64,000 nt of DNA from Pristiophorus japonicus (Eukaryota). This document shows, one piece after another, positions 1-12,200 of this stretch. Location: the NCBI RefSeq assembly GCF_044704955.1, contig NC_091995.1, positions 54,870,001-54,934,000 of the forward strand. Reading direction: 5' to 3'. The translations under genes were made by a program, and so were the position numbers. Position 1 is the first letter of the stretch, and every line of letters begins with the position of its first letter. A model generated the notes under the pieces. That model was not told the DNA's origin and did not search any database. It was given only the letters and a program-made list of their open reading frames with translations.

Positions 1-7
1 GGATATC

Positions 8-126
8 TCCCAGTCCTGGTGTTGGGATAGCCCACTCAGTGTAGGATCCCAGTCTCGGTATCTGGGAGTTCCCAGTCAGTGTTGACTAGTTCCTAGTCCC
101 AGAGTCTGGGAGTTCCCATTCAGTGT
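8..126. repeat. Degenerate ~40-45-bp tandem repeat, three copies, in b2m intron 1
   Basis: tcc(c/t)agtc...ggga..ccca.tcagtgt recurs at about 8, 47 and 91. Confidence 0.55.
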
Positions 127-189
127 TGGTGATGGATTGGAATCAGTTGCTGTTAAATTACACTCACTCTGTCCCTCCTGTGTCTCTAG

Positions 190-462
190 ATGCTCCACAA
201 GTACATGTCTATACCTACACCCCCCCAAAGGAAGGTGAATCAAATGTTCTGCTGTGCCATGCCAAAGATTTCAGCCCACCCAACATCCAGCTGGAGCTGT
301 TGGAGAATGGAATCATCATACCCAATGCCAACCAGTCTGACCTCTCCTTCGAGACAGACTGGAGCTTCAAGCTCACCACGTTTGTGCACTTTGTCCCCAA
401 GAACAACGTGAAGTATGTCTGCAGGGTGCAACACAACGGCGACAGCAGAGAGTTTCAGCTGG
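190..462 (+). CDS. b2m: Beta-2-microglobulin, Ig-C1 domain exon (equivalent to mammalian exon 2); the leader exon lies upstream of the window
   Basis: Pyrimidine-rich acceptor ...tgtctctAG (188-189), donor G|GTGAGT (463), phase 1 at both ends. Translation (x)APQVHVYTYTPPKEGESNVLLCHAKDFSPPNIQLELLENGIIIPNANQSDLSFETDWSFKLTTFVHFVPKNNVKYVCRVQHNGDSREFQL. Cys codons at 255 and 420 are 55 residues apart (C25/C80). Y10, P32, D53, F56, W60 and F62 fall at human numbering, and the SDLSF..DWSF signature is present. Confidence 0.97.
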
Positions 463-606
463 GTGAGTAATGTGTCTGTTCATCATGGATAATGTACATC
501 AATGCACAGTGCTCCCTCTCTCACTCTCCCTCTGTGATACCAAACTCCATCCAATACATAATGTGGTAAACACAGACTCCTCCTCAACTGAACATGTGAC
601 AGTAAT

Positions 607-838
607 CCTCCATTAGATTGCAGCCTGTAACTCACTGCAGGTTTCCATTATTCAGTATATACACCATCTGATTCCCTCCACTGGATTCTGGCTTGTAACT
701 CACTGCAGGTGTCCATTATTCAGTATATATGCCATTCTACGCCTCGATTTATATAAACCATCTGATTCCCTCCACTAGATTGCAGCCTGTAACTCACTAC
801 AGGTGTCCATTATTCAGTATATACGCCATCTGAACCCC
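607..838. repeat. 68-bp minisatellite, three copies (second has a ~26-nt insert), in b2m intron 2
   Basis: cctcca(t/c)t(a/g)gatt...tgtaactcact(g/a)caggt(t/g)tccattattcagtatat starts at 607, 675 and 769. Confidence 0.85.
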
Positions 839-962
839 TTGGAAAATTAAATGTATACCTTTACCCTTGAATAAAGAGTATGTTTATTTGATATAACCTG
901 CCCATGATCAGGTTAAACTGACCAAGTTCCTGTGGCTCAGTAGTTTCATGAAACCTTCAAGC

Positions 963-1273
963 TTTGAGCACAGCAAGATGCCACAAACAGTAATGTGATG
1001 GTGACCAGATGGGTGTTGGTTGAGGGCTAAATATCGGAGAGAATGTCCTTGGTCTTCAAAATAATGCTTTGGGATCTTTTAAGTCCACTTGAGAGGGCTC
1101 GGGGCTTCGGACTAATGTCTGATCCGAAAAATGGCACCTCCAACAAAGTAGCTCTCCCTCAGTACTGCACTCAAGTGTCAGCCTTGTTTCTGTGCTCCAG
1201 TCTCTGGAGTGGGGTTTGAATCCACAGCCATGTGACTGAGGCTAGAGTGCTACCCACTGAGCCTCGGCTAACA
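963..1273 (-). mobile_element. tRNA-derived SINE of the Deu-domain group (SacSINE1-like), 3'-truncated and diverged
   Basis: Minus strand begins with box A GGCTCAGTGG and box B-like GGATTCAAACC, then gctgacact...gtgcagtactgaggg...ggaggtgcc...aaaagatccc...ccctcaaccaaca...atcacatt.ctgtttgtgg, which I recognise from the shark DeuSINE consensus. Family name is from recall, not a search. Confidence 0.82.
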
Positions 1274-1535
1274 TCTAAAATAATGTGCTGTGATACGTTG
1301 GCACTCTGGATAGAATCTCTGTACAGTGCTTGCGAAGGTGCTGACCTATACACCTAACTCATTTACCTTGGCAGGTTTCTTTCAGGGATAACATTTTTGG
1401 GATACAGGGACATAATGTGTAGTGTGCTTGGGAGGAACGTTGGATTTATGGTTCCCAAAGTTCACCACCACTGGGTCTTTCCTCACCTCCTGTCTGGTCA
1501 CAGACTAATGACGTTTCTTTTTGTTTCTCCCACAG

Positions 1536-1546
1536 ACAGCTACTAG
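1536..1546 (+). CDS. b2m: Beta-2-microglobulin final coding segment, (D)SY-stop, within 26-nt exon 1536-1561
   Basis: Branch-like GACTAAT (1503-1509) and tract tttctttttgtttctcccacAG (AG 1534-1535). G+AC AGC TAC TAG continues the phase-1 frame. Donor GAG|GTAAGC at 1562. Same layout as the tiny mammalian B2M exon 3 (DRDM-stop plus a few UTR bases). Confidence 0.88.
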
Positions 1547-1733
1547 CCTGTCACAGCCGAGGTAAGCAGTGTCTCCCAGCACACAGCTGGTTACTGAAGG
1601 GACATGCTCCAGCACAACGTTCAAATGCCAGACCCTTTTTTCTTTGTGATTGGCTACCACTGGACACCACAGTGAGACTCTTAAACGAATCGACTGGGGG
1701 GCAAATCATCTTCAAATGTAAACTTTTAGCATG

Positions 1734-1743
1734 AATAAATAAA
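1734..1743 (+). terminator. Overlapping tandem AATAAA signals; alternative proximal poly(A) candidate
   Basis: AATAAATAAA about 190 nt after the b2m stop codon. Confidence 0.3.
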
Positions 1744-1867
1744 CTGATACCGGCATTGATCTGATCCTTTAAACGACTTGTGTGATGGGAAGTAAGTTTG
1801 CTTTTGGTTCTGTAATCTCTGCAATTCTACGTGCTCATTTCTGAGATAGTTTTAGCTTCTTGTCCAG

Positions 1868-2625
1868 CTCAGCCTGTGAAATTTTGAAGTGCCGACTCAC
1901 TTGATTTGAAATTTGCCTCCACAAGGACCAGGTTACCCTTCAAATTAAAACATGAGCGAGAAAGGCCCAGTCAAACTCTCGGCCGAGAGATTGAAATGTC
2001 GCCTCATTATCTGAGACCAGGAGGGGGAGGGTATTCGAAGCTGAACCTGGGTCACTCAATCACTTGGTTTAGTTCTGAAGCTTCAGTTGCCCTGAAATGT
2101 GAGCGGTAGATGCACATCTTATGCACTGCTCTGTAACCGAGCACCCCACACAGCAGAGGTTGCAGCAACTTGTGCCTGTACCAGCCAGCTCCCAGCTCCC
2201 AGCTCCCAGCTCCCATCCGGGGCTCTGGATATTGGGTTTCTGTTCTGTCTGGAACACCTCGGGTTAGTACCCTCCAACCTGCTGATTTACTTACCCTGGG
2301 AATCTCTGCATTGGGTGAGGGGAAATCTTGGCTTAGTTCACTGTTTTGAGTTGCGGGGGGCTCAGTTTTCATACCTGGACTTGGCCTGAAACGGAGATGA
2401 GCACCGCATACATTAACTTTTACAAATGCCTTCTAAAACCATAGCCTACATATGACGCCCAACACTGATTATCGTATTTTTGCAACGGGGAATAGTTGAA
2501 TTTAGAGGGTATAGTGCTGTTAATAATAATGATTAGCTTCCAATTTCATGTAATGGGTGCACAATTCTCTGCTGTTCTTTGTATGCTCATTGGTGTCAAT
2601 AAAATATTCTTCCTTATCTTGTTGT
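1868..2625 (+). other. b2m: Candidate non-coding last exon (3' UTR) of b2m; boundaries uncertain
   Basis: The donor at 1562 implies a further exon. A possible acceptor is cttcttgtccAG (1866-1867). AATAAA at 2598-2603 is followed by a U/GU-rich tract. Not verifiable without transcripts. Confidence 0.3.
2185..2215 (+). repeat. (CCAGCTC)4 heptanucleotide microsatellite
   Basis: Four perfect copies plus a partial copy. Confidence 0.9.
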
Positions 2626-2630
2626 TTTCT
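2598..2630 (+). terminator. Candidate b2m polyadenylation signal with downstream U/GU-rich element
   Basis: AATAAA (2598-2603) followed by ttcttccttatcttgttgttttct. Confidence 0.5.
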
Positions 2631-3057
2631 CATTTATAGCCCCTGTTTGATCCTGAAACAAGCATTAGTGTTGGTAATCCCAGATTTATGCCCAGGTTAA
2701 AGGTAGCAGCCTAGAAAGGACAGAGGGTAGCCACCAGCTTCCCTCATTACAAGTAGAGGGGTCAGTGCTTCAGAGATATTTTTACGAATGTTCAGAGGTC
2801 AGTTTGTATAGAAAACAATCTTGGAAAGGAAGACGTCACCCGAGTTATTTCCTGCTGTTTTATTCTGATCTTTGGGTAAGGAGGAGCTGTGGAGACTGCA
2901 ATGGGTGGGGCCAGGCAGCTGCCAATCAGAATAAGCACCGAGGCCGAGTTGGACCAGATCCCCACAGACAGTACCTGGACAGCAGCTCATGGGCTTGAAC
3001 CTGTGTGTGAGATACTTGGCCCTGGATATCGTTCTAACCATCAGGCAGAAACATTAA

Positions 3058-4019
3058 CATAGAATCATAGAAATTTACAGCATGGAAAGAGGCCATTTCA
3101 TCCCATCGTGTCCCCGCCGGCCGACCAAGAGCCATCCAGCCTAATCCCACTTTCCCGTTGTTGGTCCGTAGCCCTGTAGATTACTGCACTTGGATGTGTA
3201 CTTACAAGTATTTTTTAAATGTGGTGAGAGTTTCTGCCTCGACCACCCTTTCAGGCAGTGAGTTCCAGACCCCACCACCCTCTGGGGGGGGGTTTAGTGG
3301 AGGTATGAGGGGTAATGTCTTCACCCAATTACTTTAAATCTATGCGCCCTGGTTGTTGACCCCCCTGCCAAGGGAAACAGGTCCTTCCTATCCACTCTAT
3401 CCAGGCCCCTCATAATTTTATACACCTCAATCAGGTCTCCTCTGTTCCAAAGAATACAAACCCAGCCTATCCAATCTTTCCTCATAGTGAAATTCTCCAG
3501 TCCAGGCAACATTCTTGTAAATCTCCTCTGCACCCTTTCCAGTGCCATCACATCTTTCCTGTAATGTGGTGACCAGAACTGCACGCAGTACTCCAGCTGC
3601 GGCCTAACCGGTGTTTTATACAGTTCAAGCATAACCTACTTGCTCTTGTATTCCATGTCTTGACTAATAAAGGCAAGTATTCCATATGCCTTCTTAACAA
3701 CCTTATCTACCTGGCCTGCTACCTTCAGGGATCTGTGGACCTGCACTCCAAGGTCCCTTTGTTCCTAGACACTCTTCAGTGCCGTACCATTCAATGTGTA
3801 TTCCCTTGGCTTGTTAGACCTCCCCAAATGCATGAATTAACACATGTGGATTGACTTCTATTTGCCACTGTTCTGACCAGTACATTGATATCTTCCAGCA
3901 CTCTGCAGCTTTCTTCTTCATTATCAACCACACAGCCTATTTTAATATTATTTGAAAACTTCTTGAGCCTACCCCCAACATTCAAGTCCAAGTCATTGAT
4001 ACAGACCACAAAAAACAAG
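3058..4019 (-). mobile_element. Old, decayed, 5'-truncated CR1-clade LINE (3' part of ORF2 plus 3' UTR)
   Basis: Minus-strand peptides LYKTPVRPQLEYCVQFWSPHYRKD..LERVQRRFTRMLPGL and INDLD...KKFSNNIKIG (catalytic FADD decayed to FSNN). Frameshifts and deletions present. Tail repeat reads catagaatcatagaa on + at 3058. Confidence 0.93.
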
Positions 4020-6235
4020 TGTAGAAATATGCAGGCTATGGCAGCAAACAACGGGAAGCCCCGAGAGTAAGGTCAAGGAGGGAGCGGGACTGTCCTTCAA
4101 CATAGAAACAAAGTACCAACTGAAACTGAGCTTTAGTCAATCCTGCCTGAGCAAAGCCGCAACAAATCTAAACTAATCATGGAAAATAAAGTTGAGTATA
4201 AACTAATCATCAGGGCGCAGACAAATGTGTATCGAATAGTATAAACCAGCAGGGAAATCCAAATGATTAATGTATACCCGAGACACACACTGTCCACACA
4301 CACTGTCCCCATACACACTGTCCCCACACACACTGTCCCCACATACACTGTCCCCACACACTGTCCCCACACACACTGTCCACACACACACTGTCCACAC
4401 ACACTGTCCCCACATACACTGTCCCCACACACTGTCCCCACACACACTGTCCCCACACACTGTCCCCACACACACTGTCCCCACACACACTGTCCACACA
4501 CACTGTCCCCACATACACTGTCCCCACACACACTGTCCCCACACACTGTCCACACACACTGTCCCCACACACTGTCCACACATACTGTCCCCACACACTG
4601 TCCAGACACACTGTCTCCACACACTGTCCCCACACACACTGTCCCCACACACTGTCCACACACACACTGTCCACACACACTGTCCCCACACACACTGTCC
4701 ACACGCACTGTCCACACGGACTGTCCCCACACACTGTCCACACGCACTGTCCCCACGCACTGTCCACACGCACTGTCCACACACACTGTCCCCACACACA
4801 CTGTCCACACACACTGTCCACACACACTGTCCCCACACACTGTCCCCACGCACTGTCCCCACACACACTGTCCCCACACACACTGTCCCCACACACTGTC
4901 CACACACACTGTCCACACACACTGTCCCCACACTGTCCACACACACTGTCCCCACACACTCACAACACACACTGTCCCCACACACTGTCCCCACACACTG
5001 TCCCCACGCACTGTCCCCAGACACACTGTCCACACACACTGTCCACAGACACTGTCCACACGCACTGTCCACACGGACTGTCCCCACACACTGTCCACAC
5101 GCACTGTCCCCACGCACTGTCCACACGCACTGTCCACACACACTGTCCCCACACACACTGTCCACACACACTGTCCACACACACGGTCCCCACACACTCA
5201 CAACACACACTGTCCCCACACACTGTCCCCACACACTGTCCACACACACTGTCCGCACACACACTATCCCCTCACACTGTCCACACACACTGTCCCCACA
5301 CACTGTCCCCACACACTGTCCACACACACTGTCTCCACACACTGTCCCCACACACTGTCCACACACACTGTCCACACACACTGTCCACACACACGGTCCG
5401 CACACACACTATCCCCTCACACTGTCCACACACACTGTCCCCACACACACACACTGTCCCCACACACACTGTCCCCACACACACTGCGCACACACACACT
5501 GTCCACACACACACTGTCCCCACACACTGTCCACACACACTGTCCCCACACTGTCCCCACACACACTGTCCACACACACTGTCCCCACACTGTCCCCACA
5601 CACACTGTCCACACACACTGTCCACACACACTGTCCACACACACGGTCCGCACACACACTATCCCCTCACACTGTCCACACACACTGTCCCCACACACAC
5701 ACACTGTCCCCACACACACTGTCCCCACACACACTGCGCACACACACACTGTCCACACACACACTGTCCCCACACACTGTCCACACACACTGTCCCCACA
5801 CTGTCCCCACACACACTGTCCACACACACTGTCCCCACACTGTCCCCACACACACTGTCCACACACACTGTCCCCACACACACTGTCCCCACACACTGTC
5901 CCCACACACTCTCTTCTCACACTGTCCACACACACTGTCCCCTCACACTGTCCCCACACACTGTCCACACACACTGTCCACACACACACTGTCCACACAC
6001 ACACTGTCCCCACACACTCTCTTCTCACACTGTCCCCACACACTCTCCCCTCACACTGTCCACACACACACTGTCCACACACACACTGTCCCCACACACT
6101 GTCCACACACACTCTCCCCTCACACTGTCCCCTCACACTGTCCCCTCACACTGTCCACACACACACTGTCCACACACACTGTCCCCACACACACTGTCCC
6201 CACACACACTGTCCACACACACTGTCCCCACACAC

Positions 6236-6263
6236 AGTGTCCACAAAAAAATTTCCACACACA
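6236..6263 (+). repeat. 28-bp A-tract cassette, forward form (representative copy)
   Basis: AGTGTCCACAAAAAAATTTCCACACACA between ctgtccccacacac and atgtcccc. Confidence 0.95.
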
Positions 6264-9200
6264 ATGTCCCCACACACTGTCCCCACACACTGTCCCCACA
6301 CGCACTGTCCCCACACACTTTCCACACACACTGTTCCCACACACACTGTCCCCACACACACTGTCCACACACACTGTCCACACACACTTTCCACACACAC
6401 TGTCCACACACAATGTCCCCACACACTGTCCCCACACACTGTCCCCACACACTGTCCACACACACACTGTCCCCACACACACTGTCCCCACACACACTGT
6501 CCACAGGCACTGTCCCCACGCACTGTCCACACACACTGTCCACACACACACTGTCCCCCCCACACACTGTCCCCCCCACACACTGACCCCCCCACACACT
6601 GTCCCCACACACTCTCTTCTCACACTGTCCACACACACTGTCCCCACACACTGTCCCCACACACACACTGTCCCCACACACACTGTCCCCACACACTCTC
6701 TTCTCACACTGTCCACACACACTGTCCCCACACACTGTCCCCACACACACACTGTCCCCACACACACTGTCCCCACACACACACTGTCCACACACACGAT
6801 TCACACACACTGTCCACACACACTGTCTCCACACACTGTCCCCACACACACACTGTCTCCACACACACTATTCACACACACTGTCCACACACACTGTCTC
6901 CACACACTGTCCCCACACACACTGTCTCCACACACTGTCCCCACACACTGTCCCCACACACTGTCCCCACACACTGTCCACACACACTGTCCCCACGCAC
7001 TGTCCACACACACTGTCCACACGCACTGTCCACACGGACTGTCCCCACACACTGTCCACACGCACTGTCCCCACGCATTGTCCACACACACTGTCCACAC
7101 GCACTGTCCACACACACTGTCCCCACGCACTGTCCACACACACTTTCCGCACACACACTGTCCACACACACTGTCCCCACACACTGTCCACACACACTGT
7201 CCACACGCACTGTCCACACGGACTGTCCCCACACACTGTCCACACGCACTGTCCCCACGCACTGTCCACACGCACTGTCCCCACACACTCTCCCCACACA
7301 CTGTCCCCACACACTCACAACACACACTGTCCCCACACACTGTCCACACACACTGTCCCCACACACTGTCCACACACACACTGTCCCCACACACTGTCCA
7401 CACACACTGTCTCCACACACTGTCCCCACACACACTGTCTCCACACACTGTCCCCACACACTGTCCCCACACACTGTCCCCACACACTGTCCACACACAC
7501 TGTCCCCACGCACTGTCCACACACACTGTCCACACGCACTGTCCACACGGACTGTCCCCACACACTGTCCACACGCACTGTCCCCACGCACTGTCCACAC
7601 ACACTGTCCACACGCACTGTCCACACACACTGTCCCCACGCACTGTCCACACACACTTTCCGCACACACACTGTCCACACACACTGTCCCCACACACTGT
7701 CCACACACACTGTCCACACGCACTGTCCACACGGACTGTCCCCACACACTGTCCACACGCACTGTCCCCACGCACTGTCCACACGCACTGTCCCCACACA
7801 CTCTCCCCACACACTGTCCCCACACACTCACAACACACACTGTCCCCACACACTGTCCACACACACTGTCCCCACACACTGTCCACACACACACTGTCCC
7901 CACACACTGTCCACACACACTGTCCCCACACACTGTCCACACACACACTGTCCCCACACACTGTCCACACACACTGACCACACACACTGTCCCCACACAC
8001 TGTCCACACACACTGTCCCCACACACTGACCCCACACACTGTCCCCTCAGACTGTCCCCACACACTGTCCACACACACTGACCACACACACTGTCTCCAC
8101 ACACTGTCCACACGCACTGTCCCCACACACTGTCCACACATACTGTCCCCACACACTGTCCCCACACACTGTCCACACACATTGACCACACACACTGTCC
8201 CCACACACTGTCCCCACACACTGTCCACACGCACTGTCCCCACGCACTGTCCCCACACACACTGTCCCCACACACACTGTCCACACACACTGTCCCCACA
8301 CACTGTCCACACACACTGTCCACACACACTGTACACACACACTGTCCCCACACTGTCCCCAGACACACTGTCCACACACACTGTCCACAGACACTGTCCC
8401 CACACACACTGTCCACACACACTATCCACATGCACTGTCCCCACACACTGTCCACACACACTGTCCACACACACTGTCCCCACACTGTCCCCAGACACAC
8501 TGCCCACACACACTGTCCACAGACACTGTCCCCACACTGTCCACACACACTGTCCCCACACTGTCCCCAGACACACTGTCCACACACACTGTCCACAAAC
8601 ACTGTCCCCACACTGTCCACACACACTGTCCCCACACTGTCCACACACACTGTCCCCACACTGTCCCCAGACACACTGTCCACACACACTGTCCCCACAC
8701 ACTGTCCACACACACTGTCCACACACACTGTCCCCACACTGTCCCCAGACACACTGTCCACACACACTGTCCACAGACACTGTCCCCACACACACTGTCC
8801 ACACACACTATCCACATGCACTGTCCCCACGCACTGTCCCCACACACTGTCCGCACACACACTGTCCCCACACACTATCCCCTCACACTGTCCACACACA
8901 CTGTCCCCACACACTGTCCTCACACACTGTCCACACACACTGTCCCCACACACTGTCTCCACACACTGTCCCCACACACACTGTCCCCACACACTGTCCA
9001 CACACACACTGTCCCCACACACTGTCCACACACACTGTCCCCACACACACTGTCCACACACACACTGTCCACACACACTGTCCCCACACACACTGTCCCC
9101 ACACACACTGTCCACACACACTGTCCCCACACACACTGTCCCCACACACACACACTGTCCCCACACACACTGTCCCCACACACACTGCGCACACACACAC

Positions 9201-12200
9201 TGTCCACACACACACTGTCCCCACACACACTGTCCCCACACACACACACTGTCCCCACACACACTGTCCCCACACACACTGCGCACACACACACTGTCCA
9301 CACACACTGTCCCCACACACTGTCCACACACACACTGTCCCCACACACACTGTCCCCACACACTGTCTCCACACACTGTCCCCACACACACTGCGCACAC
9401 ACACACTGTCCACACACACACTGTCCCCACACACTGTCCACACACACACTGTCCCCACACACACTGTCCCCACACACTGTCTCCACACACTGTCCCCACA
9501 CACTGTCGCCACACACACTGTCCCCACACACTCTCTTCTCACACTGTCCACACACACTGTCCCCACACACTGTCCCCACACACTGTCCCCACACGCACTG
9601 TCCCCACACACTTTCCACACACACTGTCCCCACACACACTGTCCACACACACTGTCCACACACACACTGTCCCCACACACACTGTCCCCACACACACTGT
9701 CCCCACACACTGTCCACACACACTGTCCACACACACTGTCCACACACACTTTCCGCACACACACTGTCCACACACACTGTCCCCACACACTGTCCACACA
9801 CACACTGTCCCCACACACTGTCCACACACACTGACCACACACACTGTCCCCACACACTGTCCACACACACTGTCCCCACACACTGACCCCACACACTGTC
9901 CCCTCACACTGTCCCCACACACTGTCCACACACACTGACCACACACACTGTCTCCACACACTGTCCACACGCACTGTCCCCACACACTGTCCACACATAC
10001 TGTTCCCACACACTGTCCCCACACACTGTCCACACACACTGACCACACACACTGTCCCCACACACTGTCCACACGCACTGTCCGACGCACTGTCCCCACA
10101 CACACTGTCCCCACACACACTGTCCACACACACTGTCCCCACACACTGTCCACACACACTGTCCACACACACTGTCCCCACACTGTCCCCAGACACACTG
10201 TCCACACACACTGTCCACAGACACTGTCCCCACACACACTGTCCACACACACTATCCACATGCACTGTCCCCACACACTGTCCACACACACTGTCCACAC
10301 ACACTGTCCACACACACTGTCCCCACACTGTCCCCAGACACACTGTCCACACACACTGTCCACACACACTGTCCCCACACTGTCCACACACACTGTCCCC
10401 ACACTGTCCCCAGACACACTGTCCACACACACTGTCCACACACACTGTCCCCACACTGTCCCCAGACACACTGTCCACACACACTGTCCACAGACACTGT
10501 CCCCACACACACTGTCCACACACACTATCCACATGCACTGTCCCCACACACTGTCCACACACACTGTCCACACACACTGTCCACACACACTGTCCCCACA
10601 CTGTCCCCAGACACACTGTCCACACACACTGTCCCCACACACTGTCCACACACACTGTCCACACACACTGTCCCCACACACACTGTCCACACACACTGTC
10701 CACAGACACTGTCCCCACACACACTGTCCACACACACTATCCACATGCACTGTCCCCACGCACTGTCCCCACACACTGTCCGCACACACACTGTCCCCAC
10801 ACACTATCCCCTCACACTGTCCACACACACTGTCCCCACACACTGTCCCCACACACTGTCCCCACACACTGTCCACACACACTGTCCCCACACACTGTCT
10901 CCACACACTGTCCCCACACACACTGTCCCCACACACTGTCCACACGCACTGTCCCCTCACACTGTCCACACATACTGTCCCCACACACTGTCCCCACACA
11001 CTGTCCACACACACTGTCCCCACACTGTCCACACACACTGTCCCCACACTGTCCCCAGACACACTGTCCACACACACTGTCCACAGACACTGTCCCCACA
11101 CTGTCCACACACACTGTCCCCACACTGTCCACACACACTGTCCCCACACTGTCCCCAGACACACTGTCCACACACACTGTCCCCACACACTGTCCACACA
11201 CACTGTCCACACACACTGTCCCCACACTGTCCCCAGACACACTGTCCACACACACTGTCCACAGACACTGTCCCCACACACACTGTCCACACACACTATC
11301 CACATGCACTGTCCCCACGCACTGTCCCCACACACTGTCCGCACACACACTGTCCCCACACACTATCCCCTCACACTGTCCACACACACTGTCCCCACAC
11401 ACTGTCCCCACACACTGTCCCCACACACTGTCCACACACACTGTCCCCACACACTGTCTCCACACACTGTCCCCACACACACTGTCCCCACACACTGTCC
11501 ACACACACACTGTCCCCACACACTGTCCACACACACTGTCCCCACACACACTGTCCACACACACACTGTCCACACACACTGTCCCCACACACACTGTCCC
11601 CACACACACTGTCCCCACACACACACACCGTCCCCACACACACTGTCCCCACACACTGTCCACACACACACTGTCCCCACACACACTGTCCCCACACACT
11701 GTCTCCACACACTGTCCCCACACACACTGCGCACACACACACTGTCCACACACACACTGTCCCCACACACTGTCCACACACACACTGTCCCCACACACAC
11801 TGTCCCCACACACTGTCTCCACACACTGTCCCCACACACTGTCGCCACACACACTGTCCCCACACACTCTCTTCTCACACTGTCCACACACACTGTCCCC
11901 ACACACTGTCCCCACACACTGTCCCCACACGCACTGTCCCCACACACTTTCCACACACACTGTCCCCACACACACTGTCCACACACACTGTCCACACACA
12001 CACTGTCCCCACACACTGTCCACACACACACTGTCCCCACACACTGTCCACACACACTGACCACACACACTGTCCCCACACACTGACCCCACACACTGTC
12101 CCCTCACACTGTCCCCACACACTGTCCACACACACTGACCACACACACTGTCTCCACACACTGTCCACACGCACTGTCCCCACACACTGTCCACACATAC

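Noticed and set aside
123-189. N-terminal part of ORF 123-470 as the b2m leader
   Set aside because: It lies upstream of the splice acceptor at 188-189, starts at GTG and is not a hydrophobic signal peptide. The true leader exon is outside the window.
1215-1270. tRNA gene on the minus strand
   Set aside because: The A and B boxes are the degenerate head of the SINE and run directly into its body.
2832-2929. CRE-like GACGTCA and Y-box CTGATTGG (minus strand) as an MHC SXY module
   Set aside because: Order and ~84-nt spacing do not fit X2-Y geometry, no X1 or S box is evident, and the site is downstream of the gene.
1171-3041. Short ORFs of 60-106 aa (1171, 1906, 2052, 2069, 2099, 2765, 2799)
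   Set aside because: No recognisable domains. They overlap the SINE, the microsatellite or the probable UTR, and their lengths are compatible with chance.
6233-6251. Canonical V(D)J recombination signal (CACAGTG plus ACAAAAAAA)
   Set aside because: The spacer is only 3 nt and there is no adjacent V, D or J segment.
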